Shown: positions 39,115-50,051, counted from the first letter of the stretch. The stretch: DNA of 54,358 bases from Chitinophagaceae bacterium (GCA_049289155.1 JBAQJB010000204.1:1-54358), one strand, 5' to 3'. Numbers and translations are program-made. Notes: a model not told the origin generated them from the letters alone.

Positions 39115-39507
39115 TTATTTTGGACTAAGCACAGATGGATACTGTGAATTGCGTACTTCATACACGCTATCCACAACATATTTTTGCATCCCGCGCCAGG
39201 GCAATGCACCAAAATATTCTTTGTAATGTAATTCCACTTCCCGGCCTGCATTATCCAATAAAATTTTGGCTACATTTTCATTCAACACGCTAAATTCGAA
39301 TTCATTGCTTTGTACATTTACTTTGAAGCCACTCTGTATTACTTTCCCTTCATAGGTTTTAAATACATAGCCTTTTTTCATGAAATAATTTAGAACCCCA
39401 GCTTTGGTGCCTGTACCAAAAACCCAGTAATACCTGAAATAAAAAAATAGCCCGAAGAAAATGATCAGAGAAAAAATAATGATCCGGAAAATTTTCTTTT
39501 TTTTCAT
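39115..39507 (-). CDS. Hypothetical N-terminally membrane-anchored protein
   Basis: Single N-terminal TM helix. Its start codon directly abuts the stop of the upstream M28 peptidase gene. Confidence 0.55.
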   Translation of the reverse strand: MKKKKIFRIIIFSLIIFFGLFFYFRYYWVFGTGTKAGVLNYFMKKGYVFKTYEGKVIQSGFKVNVQSNEFEFSVLNENVAKILLDNAGREVELHYKEYFGALPWRGMQKYVVDSVYEVRNSQYPSVLSPK

Positions 39508-40899
39508 TTATAGTCCGTATTTATCTACAAGATATAATAATCCGGCCATATTGATAGCACCTAATTTTAATTCCCGCATATTTACATTTTCAAAAACATC
39601 ACCGGCTGCATGATGCAAATCAAAATACCTTTGGCTGTCTGGGGAAAGACTGGACATAGGCGTTCCATATTTTTCTCCTAATGGCTCAATATCTGTACCT
39701 CCGCCATATCTCGAAAAATGATCCGCACCATACGGTTCAAATAAATGTTTCCACGTAATTATTTTCGCCCAGGCATTTTCATTTACTGTAAATCCAAATC
39801 CACGTGGTGTAAAACCCCCGGCATCACTTTCCATAGCAAATATATGTTGCTCATTTTCCTGTAGTGGTTTTTCAGCATATTTCTCACCGCCTCTTGCGCC
39901 ATTTTCTTCATTTGCGAATAAAACAAACTGTATCGTATGTTTTGGCTGAAAACCCAAGGCTTTAAAAGCGCGAAGTATTTCAATCGTTTGAACTACGCCG
40001 GCACCATCATCCTGTGCCCCTTCATTAATATCCCAGCTATCAAGATGGCCGCCGACTGTAATCACTTCATTTGGAAATTCGGTTCCTTTTAAAACTCCAA
40101 TTACATTATGCCCAATTGCATCCGGAAGCATCATTGCATGCGTGACCAGTTTTGCCTGCATGGAAATGCCTTTGGCAAAAAGTGAATCTAATTTCGCAAC
40201 ATCCCATAATCCAATACACGCTGCAGGGATTTTTGGAAGACTATCTGTATAGACCAATGTTCCCGTATGCGCATTATTATCTGTTGAGTTAGTCATGGAT
40301 CTCACCAAAACAGCGAGGGCACCATATTTCGCAGCGCGACTGGCGCCTTGCGTACGATATTTTACATTGGTGCCATAAGCCATGAAAGTTTGAATAAACT
40401 CATCCTGGAACGGACAATTATAAAAAACAATTTTCCCTTTAATTTCTTCTTTTCTTTTCTCGAGTTCATCAAAGGAATTTATTTGAATTAAGGGTGCTAC
40501 TATACCCGAAGGTCCCGTTCCAACTGAATTCCCTATCGAAAGCATGCTCAGATTCATAGTCATAGTTTTTCCACTTTGGACATATGTTACTGATGCCATA
40601 TCCCCCTTTCCTCGAACCCAATGCGGCACTTTACATTCCTGAAGGATTACCTTATCTGCGCCGGCATTTTTCAGTGCTTCCGCTCCCCATTTCTCCGCCA
40701 TAAGCATTTGAGGAGATCCGGCCAGCCGGCCACCGATATTCTTGGTAAGATTATATAAATTCTTATCTGCCGACTTACTCCTCAACACATTATCGGAAAT
40801 CATTTTTATAAAAGCAGAATCGTTCACCCCTTGCGGAAACATAGGCTGTGCCTGTGTTAAAGAAGGAAAAATTAAAAAAGCCAGGAGATACTTTTTCAT
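39508..40899 (-). CDS. M28 family metallopeptidase with a PA domain
   Basis: Signal peptide. Zinc-ligand context GGHLDSWD, DDGAGV, FANEENG and DLHHAAGD. Confidence 0.85.
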   Translation of the reverse strand: MKKYLLAFLIFPSLTQAQPMFPQGVNDSAFIKMISDNVLRSKSADKNLYNLTKNIGGRLAGSPQMLMAEKWGAEALKNAGADKVILQECKVPHWVRGKGDMASVTYVQSGKTMTMNLSMLSIGNSVGTGPSGIVAPLIQINSFDELEKRKEEIKGKIVFYNCPFQDEFIQTFMAYGTNVKYRTQGASRAAKYGALAVLVRSMTNSTDNNAHTGTLVYTDSLPKIPAACIGLWDVAKLDSLFAKGISMQAKLVTHAMMLPDAIGHNVIGVLKGTEFPNEVITVGGHLDSWDINEGAQDDGAGVVQTIEILRAFKALGFQPKHTIQFVLFANEENGARGGEKYAEKPLQENEQHIFAMESDAGGFTPRGFGFTVNENAWAKIITWKHLFEPYGADHFSRYGGGTDIEPLGEKYGTPMSSLSPDSQRYFDLHHAAGDVFENVNMRELKLGAINMAGLLYLVDKYGL

Positions 40900-41047
40900 A
40901 AAAAAGGAATGAGTTAGAAAATAATTAATAAATTTTTATAGCATTGATCATGTAAAGTTAAAAACAAAAACAGTTTTTTAGGACAAACATGATGAATGGT
41001 TTACCTTATTTTACTAAAATGATTGTTTCTTTGTTTAAAATTCAGAT

Positions 41048-42187
41048 ATGCGGATAGGAATAGTTTGTTACCCCACATTTGGCGGAAGTGGTGTACTCGC
41101 CACAGAACTTGGCAAGGCATTGGCAGATAAGGGCCATAGTGTACATTTCATTACGTACCAGCAACCTGTTCGTTTAAATATTTTCAATGCAAATATTTAT
41201 TACCATGAAGTACGGGTTCCTACTTATCCTTTATTTGATTATCCGCCTTATGAAGTAGCACTTGCAAGTACAATGGTTGATGTGATCAATAATCATGGGC
41301 TGGATCTTTTACATGTACATTATGCAATCCCACATGCATCAGCGGCTTATATGGCAAAAAAAATCGTGGAGAAAAATGGTGTAAACATTCCTTTTATCAC
41401 TACGCTGCATGGTACAGATATCACGCTTGTTGGAAAAGATAAAACTTACGAACCTGTTGTTACTTTTTCAATCAATGAAAGTGATGCGATCACTGCAGTT
41501 TCCAAAAACCTGAAAGAAGAAACCTATAAATCATTTAAGATCACAAAAGATATTGAAGTGATTTACAACTTCGTTGATGTGTCCCGCTTTAATAAAAAAC
41601 CGATCGATGCATTTCGCAAAGTGATTGCGCCCAACGGAGAAAAGATCCTGGCACACGCTTCTAATTTCCGGAAAGTAAAAAGAGTGAATGACGTGATGAA
41701 AGTTTTTGCAAAAGTAAATGAAAAATTTCCTTCTAAATTGCTCATGATCGGCGATGGCCCTGAAAGGCCTATGATTGAAGAAATGGCCAAGGAACTTGGC
41801 GTTCATGATGATGTACGTTTTTTAGGAAAGCAGGAGCAAATAGAAGAGATCCTGCTTATATCTGATTTATTTTTATTGACTTCAGAATATGAAAGTTTTG
41901 GACTCGCTGCCCTGGAAGCGATGGCCGCACATACTCCGGTTATCAGTACCAATGCAGGTGGTTTACCGGAAATAAATATTCATGGTAAAACAGGTTATTG
42001 TGCTCCTGTTGGTGATATTAATGCAATGAGCACTTTTGCTTTGGAATTATTGGAAAATGATGAAAAATTAAAACAGTTCCAGGAAAATGCTTTTAAGCAG
42101 GCAGAACGTTTTGATATTTCAAAAATAGTTCCGCAATACGAAAAACTCTACGGCCGTTTTTGTAAAATGGATTGCAAAAAAATGTAG
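41048..42187 (+). CDS. bshA: N-acetyl-alpha-D-glucosaminyl L-malate synthase (bacillithiol biosynthesis GT4 glycosyltransferase)
   Basis: MRIGIVCYPTFGGSGVLATELGKALADKGHSVHFITY and the GT4 C-terminal EYESFGLAALEAMA motif. Confidence 0.85.
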   Translation: MRIGIVCYPTFGGSGVLATELGKALADKGHSVHFITYQQPVRLNIFNANIYYHEVRVPTYPLFDYPPYEVALASTMVDVINNHGLDLLHVHYAIPHASAAYMAKKIVEKNGVNIPFITTLHGTDITLVGKDKTYEPVVTFSINESDAITAVSKNLKEETYKSFKITKDIEVIYNFVDVSRFNKKPIDAFRKVIAPNGEKILAHASNFRKVKRVNDVMKVFAKVNEKFPSKLLMIGDGPERPMIEEMAKELGVHDDVRFLGKQEQIEEILLISDLFLLTSEYESFGLAALEAMAAHTPVISTNAGGLPEINIHGKTGYCAPVGDINAMSTFALELLENDEKLKQFQENAFKQAERFDISKIVPQYEKLYGRFCKMDCKKM

Positions 42188-42335
42188 TGCCTTATTATAT
42201 TTCATCTACTTTCCTTTTTTTGTAAAAAATTTTCTGTTAAGCCTTTAATAGTTATTGGCTCTATATTATTACAGCATAACATATTTATTTAAATTAATTT
42301 TCTACTATCAAATCCGGTTGTATAAATTCTTAAAT

Positions 42336-42370
42336 AAAAAAATCTGCTCTAAAAAAAGAGCAGATTTTTA
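42336..42370. terminator. Bidirectional rho-independent terminator between convergent bshA and the M4 peptidase gene
   Basis: atctgctc-taaaaaaa-gagcagat (8-bp stem), flanked by an A run on one side and a T run on the other. Confidence 0.7.
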
Positions 42371-42390
42371 AAGTATGATAAGAAATACAA

Positions 42391-45036
42391 TTAGTGTGTT
42401 ACAACAAACCTTGTACGGTTAACAACCTGGTTATCCTGTTCCATCACAATCATATATGTTCCGGAAGCAAGTTTACTCAGGCTATTGAGCGTATAATTAT
42501 GGCTTCCTGCAAATTGACGTCCGAGATCAATGTTTTGCATTACCTGGCCATTCATATTCAGCACTTTCACCTGGATGTTGCCATCTTTTACAATTTTGTA
42601 TGTCATGTTTGCAGACGTACCTGTAACAGGGTTCGGACTGATCAGGATGGAATTTGTAGTTTCCTCTTTAGGAGAAGAAAAACCATTGAAACTTCCGCCA
42701 CTGATATTCACCGTATAATCTTCCACTTCACCAAAGTCCAAGGTAGCGCATGGGTCAGAACTATAACTACCATAATGCATTTGTACACGCATACGGGTAG
42801 CACCATTGCTAACGCCTGATGGTACAGTGAATGTTTTAGTCACGATTGCTTTAGATGTAGTAGTAAAATTCGCTACTGTTTCATTTCCATCAGTAAAATC
42901 ACCATCATGGTTATAGTCAATATACACTGTCCAGTATTCCGTATAAGCTGTTGGATGGAATCCTGCTTTACCTTTGAAACTATACGTATGTCCTGCAATA
43001 ATATTGGTGGATTTTGATGTAAAGTCTGCATAACCTCCATTATCACCACTTAAATTAGAAATTGAGCCCAGGATTACTTTATTAATATATTCATAAGTCG
43101 TATTTCCTGTGGATGCACAATAGGAGCCACCTGTACAACCTGTTGTTTGGAAGATAACCGGACTGCTATAAGCGCTGCTGCTACCACTGCAAACACTTTG
43201 TACCTGAAATTGATAATTGGTACAAGTTGCTAACCCTGTCAGGTTATATGATGTTCCGGAAATACCGCTAACTGTTGTCCATGTTCCTGATGATGCCGCT
43301 TTCCATTGAAGGTTATATGTGACTGCTCCTGTATTGCTCCATGATACTGTAGCAGAAGAAGATGTAAGTGCAGAAGATGTTAAACCTGATGGAATATTAC
43401 AAGTACCTCCGCCGCCACCAGCTGTACCAATACCTACTGCATAAAAGGCATTTTGCACCTGTGTAACTTCATTGGACGCTGCTCCATATAAATCTGTAGC
43501 AGCATTTATACAAGCAGTTCTCCAATCTGCATATTGTGAAGTAGATGTAAGATATACTGTTTGAGAACGATAGATGATCTGGTCTGCTTTGGAAAGTCCA
43601 ATACCTGTAACAGTAAATGAGTTTCCTTTATCATTGGTACCGCTTCCGCCGTTTACGAGTAAATAAAACATGAAGTTACCTACACCACTATTGGTATGTA
43701 CTCCACCATTGTCTGAACTGCCACTATACCATTTTGTACCTTTATAGGTATCAGGCTGTCCTTGTGCGTTGGGATTGCTCATATCTCGAATAATCCAGTT
43801 CATGTCGTTGCTAAGCAACCAATTCACATCAGAAGGTTTAGCCCAGAATTGAACTGATTTACCCATTATATCACTGATGCTTTCATTCATCGCACCTGAC
43901 TCATAACTATAATTTAATCCACAACTATACTGTGTTACACCATGTGTCAATTCATGGCCTGTTACATCAATTCCTGTTACGCCATTGGTACTTCCACTGC
44001 GTTTGCCATAATGCATGGAACTTCCATCCCAATATGCATTATCAGTAGTTCCGCTTTGGTTCACGTAGCTGGTTAGTGCGTATCCGTTTCCATCAACACT
44101 ATTACGGTTAAAATTTACTTTATAATAATCGTAGGTCATTTCAACGCCCCAATGTGCATCCATTGCATTACGATCAGCACCGCTAAGGCTCCAGTTAGAA
44201 GAGGCATTTGTATAATCAGGATTACCACTCGCATCGCCTTTTTTTGTGATAACACCATTACCCCGGGAATAGTCCCTTAAACGGTAATTTCCGCTATAAG
44301 AATCACTATGGATAGTTTGTGATCCGCTATATAAAGTATTGCCAGTTCCGGTTGCATCTGAAGTATGAATTTCATCTTTTTGCCCCAACACCTGGCCAGA
44401 TTGTGCATCTACAAAATAGTAAGCACGGCTTATTGGCTGCATGGCATAAACATCAACTTTATATGCGAGCCTCATTTCCCTTGGGCTTAAAATTTCACCT
44501 GGATTATACCAAACTTGTGTAGCTACAGGTTTATAGGATGCGTTTGAGTTTCCTGTTTCTTCTTTGATACGTTTTTCCATTTCCGGATCCTGCCACATAT
44601 ATTTCGCTGCATGAACATAATTTACAGCAGCATCAATAGCTTGTTGGGCAGAAAGCTTAGAAAATGAACGTTGTTGCATCAAAGGATCAAAGTCAGTAAT
44701 AATAGCGCCACCGGCACTGATTATTTTACCGGCTTTTGTGTGAGCCACATACATGGAATTTTCCACAGGTACTCCCTGGTACGACTGGAAATAGCGGTAA
44801 TGTACGAATCCAAGCTGATCAGCTTCGGATCTTACCAAAACAAGGTCTGAATTTGGGTCCAGCCTGAAAAAAGATGCGGCTGATTTTGCATTAAAGGATA
44901 TTTGTTGTGCAGGTGTCAAAACAGTGTACTGATTTGAAACACCTTTTTCGCCTGTTATTGCCTGGCGAAAATTGTTTTGCGAAAACCCTTGTGAGGCAAG
45001 GGCCAGCAAAAACAGCGATAGGATTTGTTTTTTCAT
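42391..45036 (-). CDS. M4 (thermolysin-like) metallopeptidase with a propeptide, FN3-like and GEVED domains and a T9SS C-terminal sorting domain
   Basis: HELTHGVT zinc motif, GAMNESISD and GGVHTNSGV. An FN3-like segment (SGLTSSALTSSSATVSWS), DFGEVEDYTV (GEVED) and a C-terminal ISPNPVTG...YMIVM...FVVTH. Confidence 0.85.
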   Translation of the reverse strand: MKKQILSLFLLALASQGFSQNNFRQAITGEKGVSNQYTVLTPAQQISFNAKSAASFFRLDPNSDLVLVRSEADQLGFVHYRYFQSYQGVPVENSMYVAHTKAGKIISAGGAIITDFDPLMQQRSFSKLSAQQAIDAAVNYVHAAKYMWQDPEMEKRIKEETGNSNASYKPVATQVWYNPGEILSPREMRLAYKVDVYAMQPISRAYYFVDAQSGQVLGQKDEIHTSDATGTGNTLYSGSQTIHSDSYSGNYRLRDYSRGNGVITKKGDASGNPDYTNASSNWSLSGADRNAMDAHWGVEMTYDYYKVNFNRNSVDGNGYALTSYVNQSGTTDNAYWDGSSMHYGKRSGSTNGVTGIDVTGHELTHGVTQYSCGLNYSYESGAMNESISDIMGKSVQFWAKPSDVNWLLSNDMNWIIRDMSNPNAQGQPDTYKGTKWYSGSSDNGGVHTNSGVGNFMFYLLVNGGSGTNDKGNSFTVTGIGLSKADQIIYRSQTVYLTSTSQYADWRTACINAATDLYGAASNEVTQVQNAFYAVGIGTAGGGGGTCNIPSGLTSSALTSSSATVSWSNTGAVTYNLQWKAASSGTWTTVSGISGTSYNLTGLATCTNYQFQVQSVCSGSSSAYSSPVIFQTTGCTGGSYCASTGNTTYEYINKVILGSISNLSGDNGGYADFTSKSTNIIAGHTYSFKGKAGFHPTAYTEYWTVYIDYNHDGDFTDGNETVANFTTTSKAIVTKTFTVPSGVSNGATRMRVQMHYGSYSSDPCATLDFGEVEDYTVNISGGSFNGFSSPKEETTNSILISPNPVTGTSANMTYKIVKDGNIQVKVLNMNGQVMQNIDLGRQFAGSHNYTLNSLSKLASGTYMIVMEQDNQVVNRTRFVVTH

Positions 45037-45429
45037 TTTGTTGATAATGATTGGTTTGATGAATAAAAAATTTTTAATATGTAATCTGTTTTATGAAATA
45101 ATAATTTATATACTTATATAACAAACACTGCGACAATCAACATTTGTAAATAAAATCTACAAATACAATTTAATAAGAATGTAATAAAAGATAGGGTTGA
45201 TCATGTGTTTCCGGAACTATAAAAATTGAAACGATCTTAGTCACTTTTTCGAAACAAATAGGTCAATACGCACAAGTGGCTAATGCGGGGGATCAGTTTC
45301 AAACATGAAAATATTAAACAAATTGAATACTTATCAAAAAAATGGCAGGTTTTCTTCCTTAAATTATTTTAATGTTTTGGGAAACTAAAAAAAGTAAGCC
45401 TGGTTTTAAAAATTCTAACCGGGAAAAGA

Positions 45430-46125
45430 TCAATTATTATTATAAAAATGAACCAATTCGATTATGTCTTTTTCTTTCTTAAACTTTGTTTTATTTTTTT
45501 GGATATATGTTTCCAGGGCAGCTTGTTTATCCCTTAGAATATTCATAAAATCCTCTTTTGAAAGTTTTATTTTTACTATTTGATCATTTGGCAATAAGAC
45601 AAAATAAGTTTCTCGCAAATGATATGTGCGTGTAGAGCGATTACTAAAGGGATCTTGATTATCAAGATAATAAGTTGAAGTATATTTAAGCAAAGTGATT
45701 TTGCCGCTATCCAACATTTGATAATAAGTAGAACCATCCAGGGAATCTATAAAAGGAAACCCGGATTTAAAGACCATACTTTCTTTTCCACTTGCATCTA
45801 AAAAAGCTACTCGGGGCAAAATTTTGTCAGGATATTTTTCTACACCGTCCTCATCTTTATATATTAAAACATGAAAAATAAGATTAAAATAAGAAGGTAT
45901 TGCTGGATAATATTGTGTTGAAGATGTATATAAATTAGCGGGCTGGAAATTTTTTGGCAAGGTAAAGTCTCCCTCGGTAGTAATATCAGTTCCAAAATGA
46001 AACTTGTCTGAACCATAAATAGGAAACCCACCAACAAAATCGTTTCTTGAACCCTGGCCTATAGCATTAATAGAAATAAAAAAGATAGCACAAACAACTA
46101 ACAGGCTATTATGAATATTTTTCAT
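45430..46125 (-). CDS. Hypothetical secreted protein
   Basis: I take the start at the internal Met, giving a signal peptide MKNIHNSLLVVCAIFFISINAIGQ. I recognise no domain. Confidence 0.55.
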   Translation of the reverse strand: MKNIHNSLLVVCAIFFISINAIGQGSRNDFVGGFPIYGSDKFHFGTDITTEGDFTLPKNFQPANLYTSSTQYYPAIPSYFNLIFHVLIYKDEDGVEKYPDKILPRVAFLDASGKESMVFKSGFPFIDSLDGSTYYQMLDSGKITLLKYTSTYYLDNQDPFSNRSTRTYHLRETYFVLLPNDQIVKIKLSKEDFMNILRDKQAALETYIQKNKTKFKKEKDIIELVHFYNNN

Positions 46126-46175
46126 TTGAATAGATTTATAGTTAAAAATATTTATTTGTAAAATACAAAACAAAT

Positions 46176-47393
46176 TTAGCTTTTCAAAATAAATTCTTGT
46201 TGAGCAGCTTTTCTCGCTGGTATCCAGGCTGCCAATACAGAAATTATAAATACGGTACAGCCGACAAGTAAAAAATCTGAAAGCGCTATTTTAACAGGGT
46301 AATAATCAATGATAAATGATCCTCCCTGCAAACCCACTAATTTTAAATTTACCTGTAACCAACAAATGATCAAAGCCAAAAGCATTCCGCCAACTCCTCC
46401 CAACAGTGCCAGTAAAAAACCTTCATTTAAAAAAATATTTTGAATCCGCAATTTGGATGCGCCCATTGCTTTTAGCACAGAAATATCTTTTTGTTTTTCA
46501 AGTACAAGCATTGTCAGTGCACCAATCATATTAAAGGCAGCCACTGCCAAAATCAGGGAAAGTATTCCATAAATAACCCATTTTTCCATTTGCATAACAG
46601 AAAAAAGGCTTTGATTCTGCTCATATCTTGTTTGGATTTTAAACGATTTGCCTAATAGATCCTGTAATTGTTTTTGAATAATTTCCGGCCTGGTTCCTGG
46701 TTTTAAAGAGATCTCTATACCACTGAATTCATCGGGTTTTAAATCCAGCATATATTGAAGAAAATCAATATTGGTAAAAGCATATTTATCATCAAATTCC
46801 TGCTGCACAGAAAAAATGCCTGAAGTATAAATTGTATAGGAATGCATTGCATCGAGACTGGAAAAATTTTTGCTTAACCTGTTGGGTAGATATACCACCA
46901 TCCCGCCAAGTTTATTATCCGGGTCAGCACCCACCGCATTGCTGACACCTGCGCCGGCAACCATATAAGGTGTTTCTATATTACCAAGATTAAAATTACC
47001 TTCAATTACATGTTTACTGATACCATTCACTTTTCCATATGCACTGTCTATTCCACGCAGGTAAACAATTGCCTGGTAATCATCATTGACTAGAACCGCT
47101 TTTTCTTCGACAAAAAATGAACTACCGTTTATTCCAGAAATTTTATTAAGATTGTACCTTGTTGCGGTGGGGATTTCAAAAAATTTCCCCTTAGCAGGCG
47201 TAACCAGAATGTCTGAATAAAAATCACCATACATGCTTTTTACCAGCCCTTCAAAACCATTAAAAACACTTAATACAATGATCAGTGCTGCAGTACCTAC
47301 CCCAATCGCCAAAACACTGATCCATGCAATAATATTAATTGCATTTGTTGATTTTTTGGATTTAAAATAACGCCACGCAAATAATGCATTCAT
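46176..47393 (-). CDS. FtsX/LolE-like ABC transporter permease
   Basis: MacB-type topology: N-terminal TM, large periplasmic domain and a C-terminal FtsX 3-TM bundle (ISVLKAMGAS...FLNEG). Confidence 0.8.
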   Translation of the reverse strand: MNALFAWRYFKSKKSTNAINIIAWISVLAIGVGTAALIIVLSVFNGFEGLVKSMYGDFYSDILVTPAKGKFFEIPTATRYNLNKISGINGSSFFVEEKAVLVNDDYQAIVYLRGIDSAYGKVNGISKHVIEGNFNLGNIETPYMVAGAGVSNAVGADPDNKLGGMVVYLPNRLSKNFSSLDAMHSYTIYTSGIFSVQQEFDDKYAFTNIDFLQYMLDLKPDEFSGIEISLKPGTRPEIIQKQLQDLLGKSFKIQTRYEQNQSLFSVMQMEKWVIYGILSLILAVAAFNMIGALTMLVLEKQKDISVLKAMGASKLRIQNIFLNEGFLLALLGGVGGMLLALIICWLQVNLKLVGLQGGSFIIDYYPVKIALSDFLLVGCTVFIISVLAAWIPARKAAQQEFILKS

Positions 47394-47426
47394 AGCTGAA
47401 ATAAGTATATTGGAAATATAACAGGT

Positions 47427-47798
47427 TTATTTGTCTCCTGTTTTTTTATCGGCTTCAATTTGTTTAAAAATCTCTTCCATTTTAAAAACATGATCGAGGG
47501 TATCATCTTCAAAATAATTTAGAACCGGTATGCGCCTTACCTGGTGTTTTATTTTATCGGCTAATATTTTTTTAATTTCCCAGGCCTGGCTTTCAATTTT
47601 TTTCATAGCATCTTCCCTATCTTCCACTTGAAAAAAACTTAGATAAATGCGCGCTTCCAGCAAATCCGGTGTTACTTTCACTGAAGAGATAGATACCATG
47701 CCGCCATCTATCATATTCAATCCCAGGCGCGTAAAAATTTCATTCAGGTCCTGCTGTAATATTCCCGCAACTTGCCGCTGACGTTTTCCTTCTTCCAT
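47427..47798 (-). CDS. rbfA: Ribosome-binding factor A
   Basis: RQRQVAGILQQDLNEIF...VSISSVKVTPDLLEARIYLS...RRIPVLNYFEDD. Confidence 0.9.
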   Translation of the reverse strand: MEEGKRQRQVAGILQQDLNEIFTRLGLNMIDGGMVSISSVKVTPDLLEARIYLSFFQVEDREDAMKKIESQAWEIKKILADKIKHQVRRIPVLNYFEDDTLDHVFKMEEIFKQIEADKKTGDK

Positions 47799-47858
47799 TA
47801 CTTTATGATTTAATAGCTGTAAAATTAGTTACTTTGCCGCTCCCAAGCGATATAATTC

Positions 47859-49673
47859 ATGAAGCAATATGCCAGGATATTCAGGTATTTAACATCTTAC
47901 AAGCCTTCGATTTTCCTATACGTTCTCTTCACATTGCTTTCTATTGTTTTTTCCATTTTATCAGTAGGTATGCTGATGCCGTTTCTTGACCTTATTTTTT
48001 CATCCGGCGCTGATAGTACTTCATTACTTTCACAAACGACAAATCCAATTATATTATTTGTACGTGAGCAACTTATAGGAATTATACATGCAAGTGGAAA
48101 AATAACGGCACTTGGAATCATTTGCCTCGTAATCATTACAGCCATCTTCTTTAAAAATCTTTTCCTGTATTTATCCTATTATGTGCTCAACCCTGTTAAA
48201 AACAGGATCGCTAATTCTTTACGGATTGAAATGTATGACAAAATTCTTGAATTGCCCATCGGATTTTTTACTGAAAAACGAAAAGGTGATCTCATGAGCA
48301 GGCTCACCAATGACCTGGGTGAAGTGGAAAGTTCATTAATCGGAGCAATGGAAGGCTGGGTCACCTATCCCTTAACTATTATTATTAATCTTATTATCCT
48401 TTTTTCGCTCAGTGTACAACTTACTTTATTTGTTTTACTTTTTATTCCTGTAATGGGTTTTATTATAGGTCGAGTATCGCGGACTTTAAAAGTTCAGTCA
48501 ACAGAAGTTGCATTAAAATATGGCGAAACAGTTTCTATTCTTGACGAAACGTTGAGTGGTTTACGTGTCATTAAGGCTTTTAACGTAGAAAACATTCTTC
48601 GTACGAAATTTTTTAAAGTAAATGAAAGCCTGATTACAGCAAAAAACAAAATCGGCTATAGCCGGGACCTTGCTTCACCAATGAGTGAATTTATGGGTGT
48701 GGCTATATTTTGCACCATACTTTATTTTGGCGGAAGGCTTGTTTTGGGAAATGGACTTGGCCTGGAAGCATCTGCATTCATTACCTACCTGGCATTATTC
48801 TATAATATTATAAATCCTGCAAAATCATTATCTACTTCATTTTCCAATATGCAAAAAGGTAGTGCAGCCATCATACGCATTGAAGAAATTTTAAATGCTC
48901 CTGTAACCGTTGATGATAATCCCAATGGAATTCAACTGACTCATTTTAAAGCATCCATTGAATTTAAAAATGTATCATTTTCCTATGAAAGTTTTCCTAT
49001 TTTAAAGAATATAAATCTTCTTATTGAAAAAGGAAAAACGATTGCCTTAGTGGGAAGCAGCGGCGCTGGCAAATCTACTCTTGCTGACCTCATACCAAGG
49101 TTTCATGATGTAAGTAGCGGCGAATTATTAATTGATGGTATTAATATTAAAGAATATTCCCTTAAATCTGTAAGAAGTCAAATGGGCATAGTTACCCAGG
49201 AAGCTGTTTTATTTAATGATACTATTGCTGCTAATATTGCATTGGGTAAAGAAGAAGCAGATATAAAAGAAATCACACAGGCAGCACATATTGCCAATGC
49301 GGATGACTTTATTATCCATAAAGAAAATGGTTATACTACAAATACGGGGGACCGGGGTTCAAAATTAAGTGGAGGTGAAAAACAGCGCGTAACAATTGCG
49401 CGGGCTGTTTTAAAAAACCCGCCAATCCTGATACTGGATGAAGCGACATCTGCACTTGATACAGAAAGTGAACGCCTGGTACAAGATGCCATTAATAATC
49501 TCATGCAGGACAGGACATCCATTGTTATTGCGCATCGCTTAAGTACAGTAAGGCATGCGGATGAAATAATCGTTTTACAAAAAGGAGAAATAGCAGAACG
49601 TGGTACACATGCAACATTAATGTCACTTAACGGCTATTACAAAAAGTTAGTAGATATGCAGGAAGTGCATTAA
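47859..49673 (+). CDS. ABC transporter, fused permease/ATPase (MsbA-like exporter)
   Basis: 6-TM domain plus an NBD with GSSGAGKST, LSGGEKQR and ILILDEATSALD. Confidence 0.85.
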   Translation: MKQYARIFRYLTSYKPSIFLYVLFTLLSIVFSILSVGMLMPFLDLIFSSGADSTSLLSQTTNPIILFVREQLIGIIHASGKITALGIICLVIITAIFFKNLFLYLSYYVLNPVKNRIANSLRIEMYDKILELPIGFFTEKRKGDLMSRLTNDLGEVESSLIGAMEGWVTYPLTIIINLIILFSLSVQLTLFVLLFIPVMGFIIGRVSRTLKVQSTEVALKYGETVSILDETLSGLRVIKAFNVENILRTKFFKVNESLITAKNKIGYSRDLASPMSEFMGVAIFCTILYFGGRLVLGNGLGLEASAFITYLALFYNIINPAKSLSTSFSNMQKGSAAIIRIEEILNAPVTVDDNPNGIQLTHFKASIEFKNVSFSYESFPILKNINLLIEKGKTIALVGSSGAGKSTLADLIPRFHDVSSGELLIDGINIKEYSLKSVRSQMGIVTQEAVLFNDTIAANIALGKEEADIKEITQAAHIANADDFIIHKENGYTTNTGDRGSKLSGGEKQRVTIARAVLKNPPILILDEATSALDTESERLVQDAINNLMQDRTSIVIAHRLSTVRHADEIIVLQKGEIAERGTHATLMSLNGYYKKLVDMQEVH

Positions 49674-49703
49674 AATGATTATTTCTTTTTTTAAAATTTT
49701 GGT

Positions 49704-50051
49704 ATGGATATAGAAATGCTCAGGGATTATTGCTTATCCTTTGATAATGTAACGGAAGAATTTCCATTTGGAAATGATACACTTGTTTTTAAAGTGTCCG
49801 GTAAAATATTCCTGCTTGCCGGATTAGATAATTCGCCCCTTCAATTCAACGTAAAATGTAACCCGGAAAAAGCGATTGACTTAAGAGAACAATATGCAAG
49901 CATACAGCCGGGTTATCACATGAATAAGAAACATTGGAACACAGTTATTGTAGACGCCTCCATTCCAGTGCAATTTGTGAAAGAAATGATTCGGGATTCA
50001 TATGAGCTTGTACGTTCATCTCTTCCAAAATCTAAAAGAAAAAGGGATTGA
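49704..50051 (+). CDS. MmcQ/YjbR family protein
   Basis: FPFGNDTLVFKVSGKIFLLA...NVKCNPEKA..LREQY..IQPGYHMNKKHWNTV. Confidence 0.75.
   Translation: MDIEMLRDYCLSFDNVTEEFPFGNDTLVFKVSGKIFLLAGLDNSPLQFNVKCNPEKAIDLREQYASIQPGYHMNKKHWNTVIVDASIPVQFVKEMIRDSYELVRSSLPKSKRKRD

Noticed and set aside
45305-45388. 27-aa ORF (MKILNKLNTYQKNGRFSSLNYFNVLGN) in the 393-bp region upstream of the M4 protease
   Set aside because: It is too short, with no motif, no promoter box and no conservation evidence. It is most likely chance in AT-rich DNA.
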